The notes under the pieces are model-generated. The model was not told the origin of the DNA. It did not search any database and saw nothing but the letters and a program-made list of their open reading frames with translations. A stretch of DNA of 64,000 nucleotides from Klebsiella pneumoniae (lineage in GTDB: Bacteria; Myxococcota_A; UBA9042): contig CAMDBH010000004.1 of NCBI GenBank assembly GCA_945889325.1, forward strand, positions 14,166-78,165. The letters run 5' to 3'. Below are positions 1 to 9,800 of the stretch, in pieces; the first letter of the stretch is position 1, and each line of letters begins with the position of its first letter. Both the position numbers and the translations under genes were made by a program.

Positions 1-764
1 GGATCTGCCTTGTTGACTTCCAAATCTTGTGTAAAATCAGCAACTGCGCGCACAGTCAACTTGTCATTGACCCGCCAGCGCACCGACGCCGCGTACGCCC
101 AATCGCGAGACCAAAACGCCTGCGCGACATTTGGGTCGCCCAAGCCGGTGGACCAGCTGGGACCGACAAACAGCTTTGGCATCGCGATGATACCGACGTG
201 CCACTGCACCGCGTCGGCGCTGCCGACATGGCCGGACGCAAAATAACCGCGGCCGTTGTCGCGATCGATGTAGCGAATTTTGCCGATCGTCCAAGCGTTG
301 AACTGGGAGAAATCACTGGACCCGGCGCGCAGCCAATCGATGCCAAAAATTTCAGGCGACGCTTGAACATAAGTGCCGCGCAATTTCATATAGCTAGCGC
401 GGTTCATGCCCGCAGAATCGCCCGACGTATTTTCCACGCCGCCTGACAGCGAATTGCCGCTTTCCCACCAATCTTGCCACCTTTCGCCAAAGCGACTGGC
501 GACGCGCACCCCCGTTTCCACGTATTGGCTGACATGACCGCGGATGGTCAATTCGAACTCGCTGCCCACGCCGTTGTGGCCGCTCAAGTTGTCGGGCCAA
601 AAAGGATTGCCAAGGGAATTGAGGCCTTGGCTGTCGTCGTTTTGGTACAGGTGCTTGGTGTAGATGCGGCCGTCGATTTCAAATTTGGTCAAATCGGCGC
701 GCGCGACCGCCGGCGCCAGGTTGAGTGCGCATAAGCAGATGACCAGCGCGGCACCTCGGCGCAT
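1..764 (-). CDS. Putative outer-membrane beta-barrel/porin-like protein, N-terminal part (gene continues past window start)
   Basis: Absent from the ORF track because it runs off the edge. My reverse-complement translation from the ATG (complement of 762-764) reads MRRGAALVICLCALNLAPAVARA DLTKFEIDGRIYTKHLYQNDDSQGLNSLGNPFWPDNLSGHNGVGSEFELTIRGH... This is a signal peptide followed by aromatic/polar strand-like segments. The frame stays open to position 1 and third codon positions are GC-rich. Confidence 0.55.
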   Translation of the reverse strand, partial: MRRGAALVICLCALNLAPAVARADLTKFEIDGRIYTKHLYQNDDSQGLNSLGNPFWPDNLSGHNGVGSEFELTIRGHVSQYVETGVRVASRFGERWQDWWESGNSLSGGVENTSGDSAGMNRASYMKLRGTYVQASPEIFGIDWLRAGSSDFSQFNAWTIGKIRYIDRDNGRGYFASGHVGSADAVQWHVGIIAMPKLFVGPSWSTGLGDPNVAQAFWSRDWAYAASVRWRVNDKLTVRAVADFTQDLEVNKAD

Positions 765-793
765 CTTTGGATCCTTTGCGTCGCGGCGATGGC

Positions 794-1645
794 TCAATTT
801 GCGGGATAAATCATAGGCATGTGCGCGACTTTGCTGCCGCACTTGTAGGCCAGTGCCGCGTGTTGTTCAGCGATTTCACCGCGGTCGCCTTTGGCCTTTC
901 CGGCAAAAATATCCAGCACTTGTGGGTCACAATCCCCATCATTGCCGCCGCCGAAGCGATGCGCGCCAACCGTTTCATTGACCGGCCGCGTCAACATATC
1001 TTTGCCGACTGGAAAACCCTCGTTGGACTGCATGGCCGCGTTGATACCCCATTTTGCCATCGAGGCGCCGCCGAGATCTGCCTTTTTCACCAACGCAATC
1101 AAGGTTTTTCCACTCACGCGCGTCGACTTTGGAATCACCACATCGCCCTTGGCGGGGCCGCATTTGCCGCGCACTTCGGTCGACAAACGGGTCTTGCCTT
1201 GCGGCGAGAGCAGCACAACCTTGTCCCACTGCTCGTCATCGCTCCATTTGAACGAGCCCAAGCCAGGCAGCGCGAAATCGTGGCCCTTGCCCGCAGCGTG
1301 ATCGGTGTCTAGGTAAATTTGCACAAATTGAATGGAAAAGCCGTTGCCGTCCCAGTCTTTTGAATTCCAAGGATCTTCAATCGCGGCGCCGATGGTGACC
1401 TTGAACTCGACATCGTCGCCCTTGTCGCTGATTTCAAGTTTGCGCAAATCAAAGGACTTGGGTTTATATACCGGATCTGTTGGGTATTTGTAGGTGCCCG
1501 GGCCGTTGTCGTCATCGGCCGGATCGGCCAGAACGATCGGGCTTTCAGCCGCGAGCAACAGCAGCGGCAGCAAAAGCACGGAAACACTCAGAAACGCGGT
1601 GAGGTTGCGCAGCGATTTTCGCGAAAAACGCCAGAAGGTCAGCAT
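794..1645 (-). CDS. Secreted protein with glucodextranase-C-terminal-like (Glucodextran_C) domain
   Basis: 283-aa ORF with an N-terminal signal/TM segment (LSVSVLLLPLLLLAA). The stretch DDDNGPGTYKYPTDPVYKPKSFDLRKLEISDKGDDVEFKVTIGAAIEDPWNS...IQFVQIYLDTD matches my memory of the DDxGPGxYxYPTD...FDL signature of that domain. Confidence 0.65.
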   Translation of the reverse strand: MLTFWRFSRKSLRNLTAFLSVSVLLLPLLLLAAESPIVLADPADDDNGPGTYKYPTDPVYKPKSFDLRKLEISDKGDDVEFKVTIGAAIEDPWNSKDWDGNGFSIQFVQIYLDTDHAAGKGHDFALPGLGSFKWSDDEQWDKVVLLSPQGKTRLSTEVRGKCGPAKGDVVIPKSTRVSGKTLIALVKKADLGGASMAKWGINAAMQSNEGFPVGKDMLTRPVNETVGAHRFGGGNDGDCDPQVLDIFAGKAKGDRGEIAEQHAALAYKCGSKVAHMPMIYPAN

Positions 1646-1891
1646 CGAATTTGCCTCAAAACTGCGGCTTGCGACCGCGATCGTCTGCGTTTGTCGCTTG
1701 GCCGCGGGTCGATGTCAAGCACGGCTGTTGGCTAAGGGCCTGTCGAACAATAACTCATACATTCGGTCGTCGCTGACGGCCGATTTGTCCGTTGTCAATC
1801 GGTCAGAGATTCCAATATCTTCCCTCATTCCGCCTGCAAATCGGCTCGCCATCGACGCCCCCGGTGTCGATGACTTATTGTTGGACAGGCC

Positions 1892-2902
1892 CTAAAGCCC
1901 AGCGTCGCGCAAAGCTTCAGCCGCTTGGCGTTGCGCGGCGGTCAAGGTCGCGATACCGGCCTGCTCCAAGCGCACATACAAGTCGCCGCGTTCTGCCACC
2001 TTGCCGACGATCGGAGCGCCGTGTTTGCGGATGCGCACAACAGTGCCCGACGCCGATCCCGCTGGAATTTTGATATTTTTTCGCCCTTCCAGCGTTTCGA
2101 CTTCAGCGGTTCCGCCCAAAAGCAACGCACTGGGCTTGACCAACGCCAAGGTATGCAAATCATCGCCTTTGCGTTCAAACCGCGGGTCTTCCGCAACATT
2201 GACCAACAAATGCAGGTCGCCTTTGCCGTTGGGGCCGCGGTGGCCTTCGCCTTTGACGCGCAATTTCTTGCCGGTCGCCATACCCGCTGGAATTCGCACC
2301 GTCAGCGCGCGCTCTTGGCCATCGATTTGCAAAGTGAGCGGACGTTCGGCGCCGTGCATTGCTTCATGAAAGCTTATTGTTATGGCGACTTCGGCGTCAC
2401 GACCACGCGCGGGTTGCTGGTCAGCCCGCGGCTGTTGGCTGCCGCGGGCCCGCGACGCGCCAGCCGTCTGACCGCCGCCGCCGAACAAATCATCAAAAAA
2501 GGAACCTGGGCTGCCAGCCCCGTCGCCGGGCCCAGCGCCGCCGCTGCCGGCGCCGCCCTTGCGAAACTTGAAATTGCCCCAGCCCGAGCCCTTCATGCCA
2601 AATTGGCTTAAAATGTCATCGACATTGAAGTCTTTGAAAATATCTTCGCTCGAATAATTGGCTGAAAATGCCTCGGCCGAGCCAAACGCATCGTACTTTT
2701 TGCGCTTGTCTGCATCCGACAGCACCGCGTAGGCTTCTGAAACTTGTTTGAATTTTTCTTCAGCCTCGCTGTTGCCCGGATTGCGATCGGGGTGAAACTT
2801 CATGGCCATCTTGCGATAGGCCTTCTTGATCGCATCGGCGTCGGCATCGCGCGCGACATCTAGCAACGTGTAGTAATCCGTTTTCGCGGCTTGCTTACTC
2901 AT
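1892..2902 (-). CDS. cbpA: J-domain co-chaperone, CbpA/DnaJ class II type (no zinc-finger region)
   Basis: N-terminal J domain [34 protein letters not shown] with the HPD motif, a G/F-rich linker, and DnaJ C-terminal beta domains. There are no CxxCxGxG repeats. It lies directly downstream of dnaK on the same strand. Confidence 0.9.
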   Translation of the reverse strand: MSKQAAKTDYYTLLDVARDADADAIKKAYRKMAMKFHPDRNPGNSEAEEKFKQVSEAYAVLSDADKRKKYDAFGSAEAFSANYSSEDIFKDFNVDDILSQFGMKGSGWGNFKFRKGGAGSGGAGPGDGAGSPGSFFDDLFGGGGQTAGASRARGSQQPRADQQPARGRDAEVAITISFHEAMHGAERPLTLQIDGQERALTVRIPAGMATGKKLRVKGEGHRGPNGKGDLHLLVNVAEDPRFERKGDDLHTLALVKPSALLLGGTAEVETLEGRKNIKIPAGSASGTVVRIRKHGAPIVGKVAERGDLYVRLEQAGIATLTAAQRQAAEALRDAGL

Positions 2903-2973
2903 TTAGTCATTTATCTCTCGGCAGATTGTCTCTAGGCAGAGGCAAATTGCTGCTGGAAAACGCCTTTAGCCGC

Positions 2974-4866
2974 CTATTCAAATTCAGCGTCAACCACGTC
3001 ATCTTTGCCAGCTGCTTTGGGCGCTTCGCCATTGCTTCCAGCGGCTTGAGCCCCCTCAGGCGTCGCTGATGTCGCGGCGTACATGGCTTCAGACAGCTTG
3101 TAGGCAGCCGTTTTCAACTCTTCCTGGGTCGCTTTGATGCGTTCGCCGTCGCCGTCCTTGACCGCATCGCGCGCCTTGGTCAACGCCGCTTCCAGCTTGG
3201 TCTTGTCCTCGGCGGGCAGTTTTTCGCCGTGCTCTTTGAGCATTTTTTCGACCTGATAAATCGCCGTTTCCGCTTGATTCTTCACCTCAATTCGCTCACG
3301 CGCCACTTTGTCTTCGGCGGCGTGCAGTTCGGCTTCCTTGATCAAGCGTTCGACTTCGCCCTTGTCCAAGCCAGAACCACCTTGGACCGTGATCTTGCTC
3401 TCTTTTCCGGTCGCCTTGTCTTTGGCCGAGACATTGAGGATGCCGTTGGCATCGATATCCAGTGTGACCTCGATCTGCGGAACCCCGCGCGGAGCCGGTG
3501 GAATCCCTTCCAGATTGAACTGGCCGAGCAACTTGTTGTCGCGGGCCATTTCGCGTTCGCCCTGGTGTACCTTGACGGTCACGGCCGTCTGCATGTCCTC
3601 AGCGGTTGAGAAAATCTCGGTTTTGCGATGCGGAATCGTGGTGTTGCGCTTGATAAGCGCCGTCATGACCCCGCCCAACGTCTCCACGCCCAGACTCAGC
3701 GGCGTCACATCGAGCAACAGCATGTCCTTGACATCGCCTGCAAGAACGCCCGCTTGCACAGCCGCGCCCAGAGCCACGACTTCATCGGGATTGACCGAGC
3801 GATTGGGCTCTTTACCAAAGAATTCCTTGACCATGGCCTGAATGCGCGGAATGCGCGTCGAGCCGCCGACCAAAATAACTTCGTCGATATCCGACGGCTT
3901 TTTGCCGGCGTCCTTGAGCGCTTTCTTGCAGGGCTCCAACACCCGCGCAAAGATCGATTCGCACAGCGACTCCATCTTGGCGCGACTTAAGTGCAATTGC
4001 AGATGCTTAGGACCGCTGGCATCCATGGTAATGAACGGCAAGTGAATGTCGGTTTCCATCGCCTGCGACAATTCGATCTTGGCCTTTTCCGCGGCTTCTT
4101 TGAGCCGTTGTTTGGCCATCACGTCGTTGGACAGGTCGATGCCCTGATCGCGTTTGAATTCGCTGATCAGAAAATCGATGATCGCGTTGTCGACATCGTC
4201 GCCGCCCAAGTGCGTGTCGCCATTGGTTGCTTTGACTTCCACAACGTTGTCCGACACTTCGAGCACCGACACGTCAAACGTACCGCCACCCAGATCGAAG
4301 ACCGCCACCAGTTCGTCCGATTTCTTGTCCAAGCCATACGCGAGCGCCGCGGCCGTCGGTTCATTGACGATGCGCATGACTTCCAAACCTGCGATTTTAC
4401 CTGCGTCTTTGGTGGCGCTGCGTTGACTGTCGTTGAAATACGCCGGCACCGTAATGACCGCTTGCGTCACAGTTTCGCCGAGGTAATTTTCCGCAGCTTG
4501 CTTGAGTTTGGCCAGTACTTTGGCGCTGACTTCGGGCGGCGACATGCGCCGACCCTTGATGTCGACGTGGGCATCGCCGTTGTCCGCCGCTTCAACCGTA
4601 TAGGGCAAACGCGACAATTCACTCTTTACTTCAGAATACTTACGACCCATCAGCCGCTTGGCCGAGTAAACCGTATTTTTCGCGTTGACCACGGCCTGAC
4701 GCAGCGCGATCTGGCCGACCAGAACTTCGCCTTTGTCGTTCCACGCCACTACCGACGGCGTCGTTTGGCCACCTTCTTGATTTGCAATGACTTTTGGTGC
4801 GCCGCCTTCCATAATCGCGACCACTGAGTTGGTCGTGCCCAGGTCGATGCCGATGATCTTGCCCAT
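2974..4866 (-). CDS. dnaK: Molecular chaperone DnaK (Hsp70)
   Basis: 630 aa. Contains [22 protein letters not shown] and [13 protein letters not shown] with a full-length Hsp70 layout. Confidence 0.98.
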   Translation of the reverse strand: MGKIIGIDLGTTNSVVAIMEGGAPKVIANQEGGQTTPSVVAWNDKGEVLVGQIALRQAVVNAKNTVYSAKRLMGRKYSEVKSELSRLPYTVEAADNGDAHVDIKGRRMSPPEVSAKVLAKLKQAAENYLGETVTQAVITVPAYFNDSQRSATKDAGKIAGLEVMRIVNEPTAAALAYGLDKKSDELVAVFDLGGGTFDVSVLEVSDNVVEVKATNGDTHLGGDDVDNAIIDFLISEFKRDQGIDLSNDVMAKQRLKEAAEKAKIELSQAMETDIHLPFITMDASGPKHLQLHLSRAKMESLCESIFARVLEPCKKALKDAGKKPSDIDEVILVGGSTRIPRIQAMVKEFFGKEPNRSVNPDEVVALGAAVQAGVLAGDVKDMLLLDVTPLSLGVETLGGVMTALIKRNTTIPHRKTEIFSTAEDMQTAVTVKVHQGEREMARDNKLLGQFNLEGIPPAPRGVPQIEVTLDIDANGILNVSAKDKATGKESKITVQGGSGLDKGEVERLIKEAELHAAEDKVARERIEVKNQAETAIYQVEKMLKEHGEKLPAEDKTKLEAALTKARDAVKDGDGERIKATQEELKTAAYKLSEAMYAATSATPEGAQAAGSNGEAPKAAGKDDVVDAEFE

Positions 4867-5240
4867 GATTCACTCCAGATTTGGCATGACAATGCCGTGT
4901 TTGCGCTCATTGCAACGGTGCGAAAGGCGAATTACAGGCAACGCCCTGTAATTGCTTGTTTTTTTCGCGTGACCGCCGCACTGTCAAAGTAGGATGCGGC
5001 AGCAGCGTGTCAAGGCGCGGCGCCAAATTGGCCATTCTCGCCGGTAACACATGGAAATATTGTGACTATTTGGGCGTGGTTTTTGACGTCGGCGCTGGCC
5101 ATTGTGCCCGCGGGCTTGCTCTGCTAGTTTGTCGCGTCTTTGGCGGCGACAGGCTGGCGGTCTAACGCGGCCACCCCGCCAAGCGTGACCGCAGAATACT
5201 TATTCATTCAGACCCGCGGACATCATCGAGAGGAGCAGCC

Positions 5241-7529
5241 GTGGCCAGAATCAGCTACATCGGCGACAACGGAGAAGCCCTTGAAATTCACGTCGGACCG
5301 GAAAATCCGGACGTGATGGTCGGCAGGCATCGGACCTGCGGCATTCGCACGGCCAATCAAAGCGTGTCGCGCGAGCATTCGCGGGTGTTTTTTGACGGCG
5401 AATCGTACTGGTTGCAAGACAATGATTCGCGCAACGGTACGTTTTATCAAAATATCCAGCTTGAACCGCAAACGCCGGTGCAGATCGCCAACGGCGAATT
5501 CTTGATGTGCGGCAATTTTGAAGTGCGCTTTGACTTTGATGAAGAAGACGAAGCGCGCATGGCCGGCGGCAACGACTACGAACCAGCCGATGACCCTGAT
5601 TCAACTCGGTTTGCCAATGCGGAGTGGGAATATGCGCCGCCGCCTCCGCCCCCACCTCCCGTTGCTCCTCCTCCTCCGCCGCCTCCGCCGCCTCCCGTCG
5701 CCGCGCCACCGCCGCCCGTGCCAAACCGCACAACCGGTGCCAACAATCCGCCGCCACCTCCGGTTGCCGCAGTTGCAGGGCGCGGCCATGAGCCTGACGC
5801 CGCCATGATCGAAGATCTGCGCGCCACCGTTGCACAGCGGAACCGCGATCTAGAAGAGCGAGACAGCAAGATCAACGGATTGCGCATCGAGCTCGACTCG
5901 TTGAGCCGCCGCCTGTCGGAAAGTCAGGACGACGTGCAACGCCAGCGCATGCAGGTGGAACTGGAGCAATTGCGGGTTTTACCGAATGAATTGCGCGAGT
6001 TGTCCGATCAGCTGAACGAAGTGCAGGACGAGGCGCAAAAACTGCGCAACCGCATCGTGGGCTTGGAAAATGAAAATGCCCGCGTGCAATCCGATCTGCT
6101 GCACGCCGAACAGTTGGCGCAAGACGCTCAGCACGGTGGTTCGCGTGCAGAGGATGAAGCGCATATTGCGACTCTTGAACAGGAATTGTCGGCGCTGCGC
6201 GAATCGCTGTCAGCCGCGCAAGAGAAGTTTGAAGAAGCGCGCGCAGGACGGCGCAACGCCGAAGAGTTGGCCAGTTTGCAGCGAATGCGGGCGGACCAGT
6301 CTGAACCGCAAATGCAATCGATGCGCAGTGAAATCACTCAACTCAAGCGCGATCTGCAGGCCGCCCTGGCCAATGCATCGGCTTCTGCCGACATGGTTTC
6401 AACCGATGAATACGACGCCCAAGTCATGGCGCGCGATGAGGCCGAGGAAAAAGCATTTAAGTTGCAAAACGATCTGAATGCGGCCAAGACGGCGCTGACG
6501 ACGGCGCAAAACGAACTGGCGGCAAAAGGCGCTGTCATTGCCGAACTGACGGCCAAAGTCGCCGCCGGCGGCTCAGGTCCGGTCGTCGGCGCTGACCCGG
6601 CAGAGGCCGCACGGCTGCGGGTGCAACTGAAGGCAGAAAAGACAAGAACCGCTGATATACAAGCAGAATTGGCAGCGTTGAAGGCAACTGGTGGGGGCGG
6701 GGGCGCCTCCGCTGGCGACGGCGCCGGTAACGCGGCAAGCCTTGCCGAACTGGCGGCAGCGAATGCCCAAATAGCTGGACTTAAAGCGCAATTGGCGGCT
6801 GCTGCCGCAGGTGGCGGCGCAAGCGGCGACTTGGAAGCCGAGGTGGCCAAATTCCGGGTGCAGCTCAAGGCAGAGAAGTCGCGCGCCGCTGACGCGGTCG
6901 AGGACGCCGCTGCGGCAAAGGCCGAATTGATTACAGCCCAAGCTGACTTAGCCAAAGCGCGCGCCGATTTGGCGGCCGGAGGCGGCGGTTCCGCGGCTGG
7001 TGCCGGTGACAGTGCGGGATTGGCGGCGGCTCAGGCAGAAGTGGCCAAATTGCTGACGTCGAACCGCGAGTTGGAAGCGTCGCAAAGCGCCAATATGAAG
7101 CGAATTCAGAAGCTTATAAAGGATGCCGATGAAGCGCGCGGTGCCGGAGCTGCCAACCAAACCGGTGGCGGCGATGCATTGGCGTTGGCGCGGGCGCAAG
7201 CAGAACTTGCCACGGTGAAGTCGGCGCTGGCGGCCGCGGAAGCGCGTGCTGCAGCGGGCGGGGGCGCGGGCGGCGGGACGGCACCGAAAGTGCCCATGGC
7301 CGCTCTGCACAAACTGGTCAGCGAGTTGAACGGCGTTGTGTCAAGTTTCCGTAATGATTTTATGACAGTGACCGATGGGTTCGAGCAGGCGCGCAGTGAG
7401 GACGCAACCGATCGCGATGAGGGATTTGAGATGCTCCAAGAAGGTTTGGACGCCTGCGGCGCGCGCAATGGCGAACTCAAGAACATTATTCGCGACTTGA
7501 AAATCGCGCTGGACGGCAGCGAAAGTTGA
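5241..7529 (+). CDS. FHA-domain protein with poly-proline tract and long Ala/Gly-rich coiled-coil region
   Basis: GTG start preceded by GAGAGGAG. N-terminal FHA-like segment (VGRHRTCGIRTANQSVSREHSRVFFDGESYWLQDNDSRNGTF). Proline tract APPPPPPPPVAPPPPPPPPPPVAAPPPP. About 550 aa of heptad-like E/Q/A/L sequence with GGGG linkers and the internal repeat RVQLKAEK(T/S)R(T/A)AD x2. Confidence 0.85.
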   Translation: MARISYIGDNGEALEIHVGPENPDVMVGRHRTCGIRTANQSVSREHSRVFFDGESYWLQDNDSRNGTFYQNIQLEPQTPVQIANGEFLMCGNFEVRFDFDEEDEARMAGGNDYEPADDPDSTRFANAEWEYAPPPPPPPPVAPPPPPPPPPPVAAPPPPVPNRTTGANNPPPPPVAAVAGRGHEPDAAMIEDLRATVAQRNRDLEERDSKINGLRIELDSLSRRLSESQDDVQRQRMQVELEQLRVLPNELRELSDQLNEVQDEAQKLRNRIVGLENENARVQSDLLHAEQLAQDAQHGGSRAEDEAHIATLEQELSALRESLSAAQEKFEEARAGRRNAEELASLQRMRADQSEPQMQSMRSEITQLKRDLQAALANASASADMVSTDEYDAQVMARDEAEEKAFKLQNDLNAAKTALTTAQNELAAKGAVIAELTAKVAAGGSGPVVGADPAEAARLRVQLKAEKTRTADIQAELAALKATGGGGGASAGDGAGNAASLAELAAANAQIAGLKAQLAAAAAGGGASGDLEAEVAKFRVQLKAEKSRAADAVEDAAAAKAELITAQADLAKARADLAAGGGGSAAGAGDSAGLAAAQAEVAKLLTSNRELEASQSANMKRIQKLIKDADEARGAGAANQTGGGDALALARAQAELATVKSALAAAEARAAAGGGAGGGTAPKVPMAALHKLVSELNGVVSSFRNDFMTVTDGFEQARSEDATDRDEGFEMLQEGLDACGARNGELKNIIRDLKIALDGSES

Positions 7530-7729
7530 GGGGAGGCGAAAAATATGATTTTTCGCATCCTGCTCTTTTGCTAGCTGGGTCGCAAGTTCGCGCTTTTCAA
7601 GCGACTCTCCGCTCAGATTGGTTTTGAAAATGGCAGAGAAATTGGCAAATTCGCCATTCGTGCCGACCCCCTGAACTGCAAGCGTGCAGGGCCGATCGCA
7701 CGCAGATATCAACAAGCTCACTGGAATTT

Positions 7730-8371
7730 ATGGTAAATCGGCCGAACGAAGGCGAACAAATCACAGTGCTGATTGAAGTCAACGGCTTGCCTGTGACGCA
7801 CGTGGCGCGCGCTGGCAAGGTCCGCGAATCCAGCGTCATTGTGCCAAGACGCGCCAGCGAGCAGAGTTGGCCGGTCGAACCGCAAGGTGAGGCAGTCGTG
7901 CTGTTTACGCGCAAGGGGCGGCTATTTAGCTGGCAAATGCGTGTGGAAGAGGTGCTTCCCACCAGTTACTATCTTGTTTCACAAAGTGATCCGTCCGAAG
8001 GCGATCGCCGCGAGTTCGTGCGCGCCAGCCTGCCTCTGTTGGTCCGCGTCGGTCGAACTGGACGGCCGTTGAGCGGGACTTGGCAGCCGGCCTTGGTCGA
8101 TTTGTCGTCTGCCGGCTTGCGTCTGGCTTCCGACCTCGATGTCAACGACGGCGAAGTCTTGGACGTCGCCTTGCGCATTGACGAACCCAATTCCGACATC
8201 GTGGCTCGGGCTCGCGTTGTGCGACGCTTGGACGGTGCCCATAGCGCCGAATTGGCTTGTGAATTTGTTGAGCTCAGTTCTTCAGATGAGGAACGTTTGG
8301 AGCAAGCCGTGTTCCGCCGCCGCGAAGCCGTGCTGCTCGATCGCATCGGCCCCCGCGATGGTGCTGTCTGA
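7730..8371 (+). CDS. PilZ-domain (c-di-GMP receptor-type) protein
   Basis: 213 aa. Canonical PilZ motifs RxxxR (RREFVR) and DxSxxG (DLSSAG) in the C-terminal half, followed by a beta-barrel-like sequence. Confidence 0.8.
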   Translation: MVNRPNEGEQITVLIEVNGLPVTHVARAGKVRESSVIVPRRASEQSWPVEPQGEAVVLFTRKGRLFSWQMRVEEVLPTSYYLVSQSDPSEGDRREFVRASLPLLVRVGRTGRPLSGTWQPALVDLSSAGLRLASDLDVNDGEVLDVALRIDEPNSDIVARARVVRRLDGAHSAELACEFVELSSSDEERLEQAVFRRREAVLLDRIGPRDGAV

Positions 8372-8375
8372 AAGC

Positions 8376-9734
8376 CTAGACCGAACTGGGCGTCCCATCG
8401 GGCCGCCGCCGATGAACCTTGCCGGCGACTACAACATTGGGCAAGAAATCGGCCCGCCGTTGCAGCGTGCCATCGACGTGCCGCGCAAAAATCTCGCGGT
8501 AGCGCGGCAGGCTCGTTTCCACCAGATGGCGCGCATTCTCGCGCGTTGTCCAGCCTTTAATTTGTGCGGCGAGCACAATTTCATCTTGGGTGCGCGGTCC
8601 CGGATTTTTCGCCATCCACTCTACGACAAGAGCTGCAAATTCACGTCCTTGCATCAGCGGCGTCCGCTGCGCAGGCGCGACCGTCGGCGGACTGGGTGCT
8701 GCGATAGGGGCCACCACCTTTGCGGGTGTCGCGATCGGCGCAGCCATTGGTGCGGCGATCGCCGCGGTGCTGGGCGAAAATTCAGCCTTGGGGGCGGTTT
8801 GCGCCGGCGCAGACTGGGCAACAGGCGCTGCCGGGCGCGGTGTGGGCGGAGCGATTGTTGCCGAGCGTAGTTTGGCAGTCGGTGCTGCGACGGCGACTGC
8901 CTCAGCTTGCACGGCGGGGGGCGAAATCGGCTCTCGCGCGATCACCATTGTCGACGAACGGCCTGGGTTGCGTGGACCTGTCGCGACAGCGGCCCTCCCC
9001 GGCAAAATAGCTCTGCCGGCTACGGTTATCCGTCCTGGGCGGCGGCCGATGTTGGAGAACTCCGGCCAGCGCACGGCTGTCGGCAGCGCATCTGGCCCCC
9101 TCGGCCGCCCCTTGCCCGTAGCGGACCGGGTTTTGGCCAACGTTTTGCTGCCATTGGCGCCGCCCAGCCGCGTATCGGATTGGACTGCGCGATCGGCCAC
9201 CGCGCGCAACGGTCTGCCTGCGACGCGCGTGCCCACCGGCGATTCTAGCTGCGCAGGTTTCGCCGGCGTGTAAGTGGCGGCGACGTCAACATTTTCCGCG
9301 GCGACTGGTTCAGGCGTCGGTGCAACGCTTACGGTGGGCACCGCGGTTGCGTCGGCCGCTGAAAGCTGATCCGGCGCATCGGCCTGCGGCGTCGCTGCGA
9401 TCGCCGATGGATTGTCACCCAAAGGCAATTGACGGCCCGGCTGGCAAGGCAGCGGCACAGCGGCTGCGTCGGCGCGCGGTGCGCCCATCGTCGCGGGAGG
9501 AGGCGTCAACGCGGTGTCAATCGTGACAGAAAGTCCAGAAATTTCAGGAGTTTGTACCGGCTTTTCTACGGGTGGCAGCGCCAACTGAGCGGCACTTTCC
9601 AAGATTTTGGCCAACACCATGAATTCATGGCTAGTCAGTGTTTGAGCTCCCGACGGGATGGCCAGACGCACTTGGCCAGCGGCATCGATCTCGACGGCAA
9701 TACCGCCCATTTGCAGCGAAAACTTCATAGCCAT
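8376..9734 (-). CDS. Hypothetical protein: small N- and C-terminal folded regions joined by ~300 aa of Pro/Ala/Thr-rich low-complexity sequence
   Basis: Longest ORF in this interval (452 aa), neatly bounded by neighbouring genes, with GC-rich third positions. I recognise no domain. Confidence 0.5.
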   Translation of the reverse strand: MAMKFSLQMGGIAVEIDAAGQVRLAIPSGAQTLTSHEFMVLAKILESAAQLALPPVEKPVQTPEISGLSVTIDTALTPPPATMGAPRADAAAVPLPCQPGRQLPLGDNPSAIAATPQADAPDQLSAADATAVPTVSVAPTPEPVAAENVDVAATYTPAKPAQLESPVGTRVAGRPLRAVADRAVQSDTRLGGANGSKTLAKTRSATGKGRPRGPDALPTAVRWPEFSNIGRRPGRITVAGRAILPGRAAVATGPRNPGRSSTMVIAREPISPPAVQAEAVAVAAPTAKLRSATIAPPTPRPAAPVAQSAPAQTAPKAEFSPSTAAIAAPMAAPIATPAKVVAPIAAPSPPTVAPAQRTPLMQGREFAALVVEWMAKNPGPRTQDEIVLAAQIKGWTTRENARHLVETSLPRYREIFARHVDGTLQRRADFLPNVVVAGKVHRRRPDGTPSSV

Positions 9735-9800
9735 AGCGCACCCGCAGGTTGTGGTCGTTGATCAGGGGTCAGGGTAGCAGTGGCCGCAGCAGCGTCATTT

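Noticed and set aside
3991-4827. 278-aa plus-strand ORF inside dnaK
   Set aside because: It is antisense to an unambiguous Hsp70 gene. The translation is Arg/His/Phe-rich nonsense typical of the reverse frame of GC-rich coding DNA.
4867-5240. CIRCE (HrcA) operator or an obvious sigma-32 promoter upstream of dnaK
   Set aside because: There is no TTAGCACTC-N9-GAGTGCTAA-like sequence, and no convincing CTTGAAA/CCCCAT pair could be identified by eye.
6338-6955. 205-aa Ala/Ser-rich minus-strand ORF
   Set aside because: It is the mirror frame of the Ala-rich coiled-coil region of the FHA protein; GCN codons read as Ala/Ser/Arg on the opposite strand.
8590-9273. 227-aa plus-strand ORF opposite the Pro/Ala-rich protein
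   Set aside because: It is shorter than the minus-strand ORF and not bounded by neighbouring genes. I kept the minus-strand call, but that gene has only moderate confidence.
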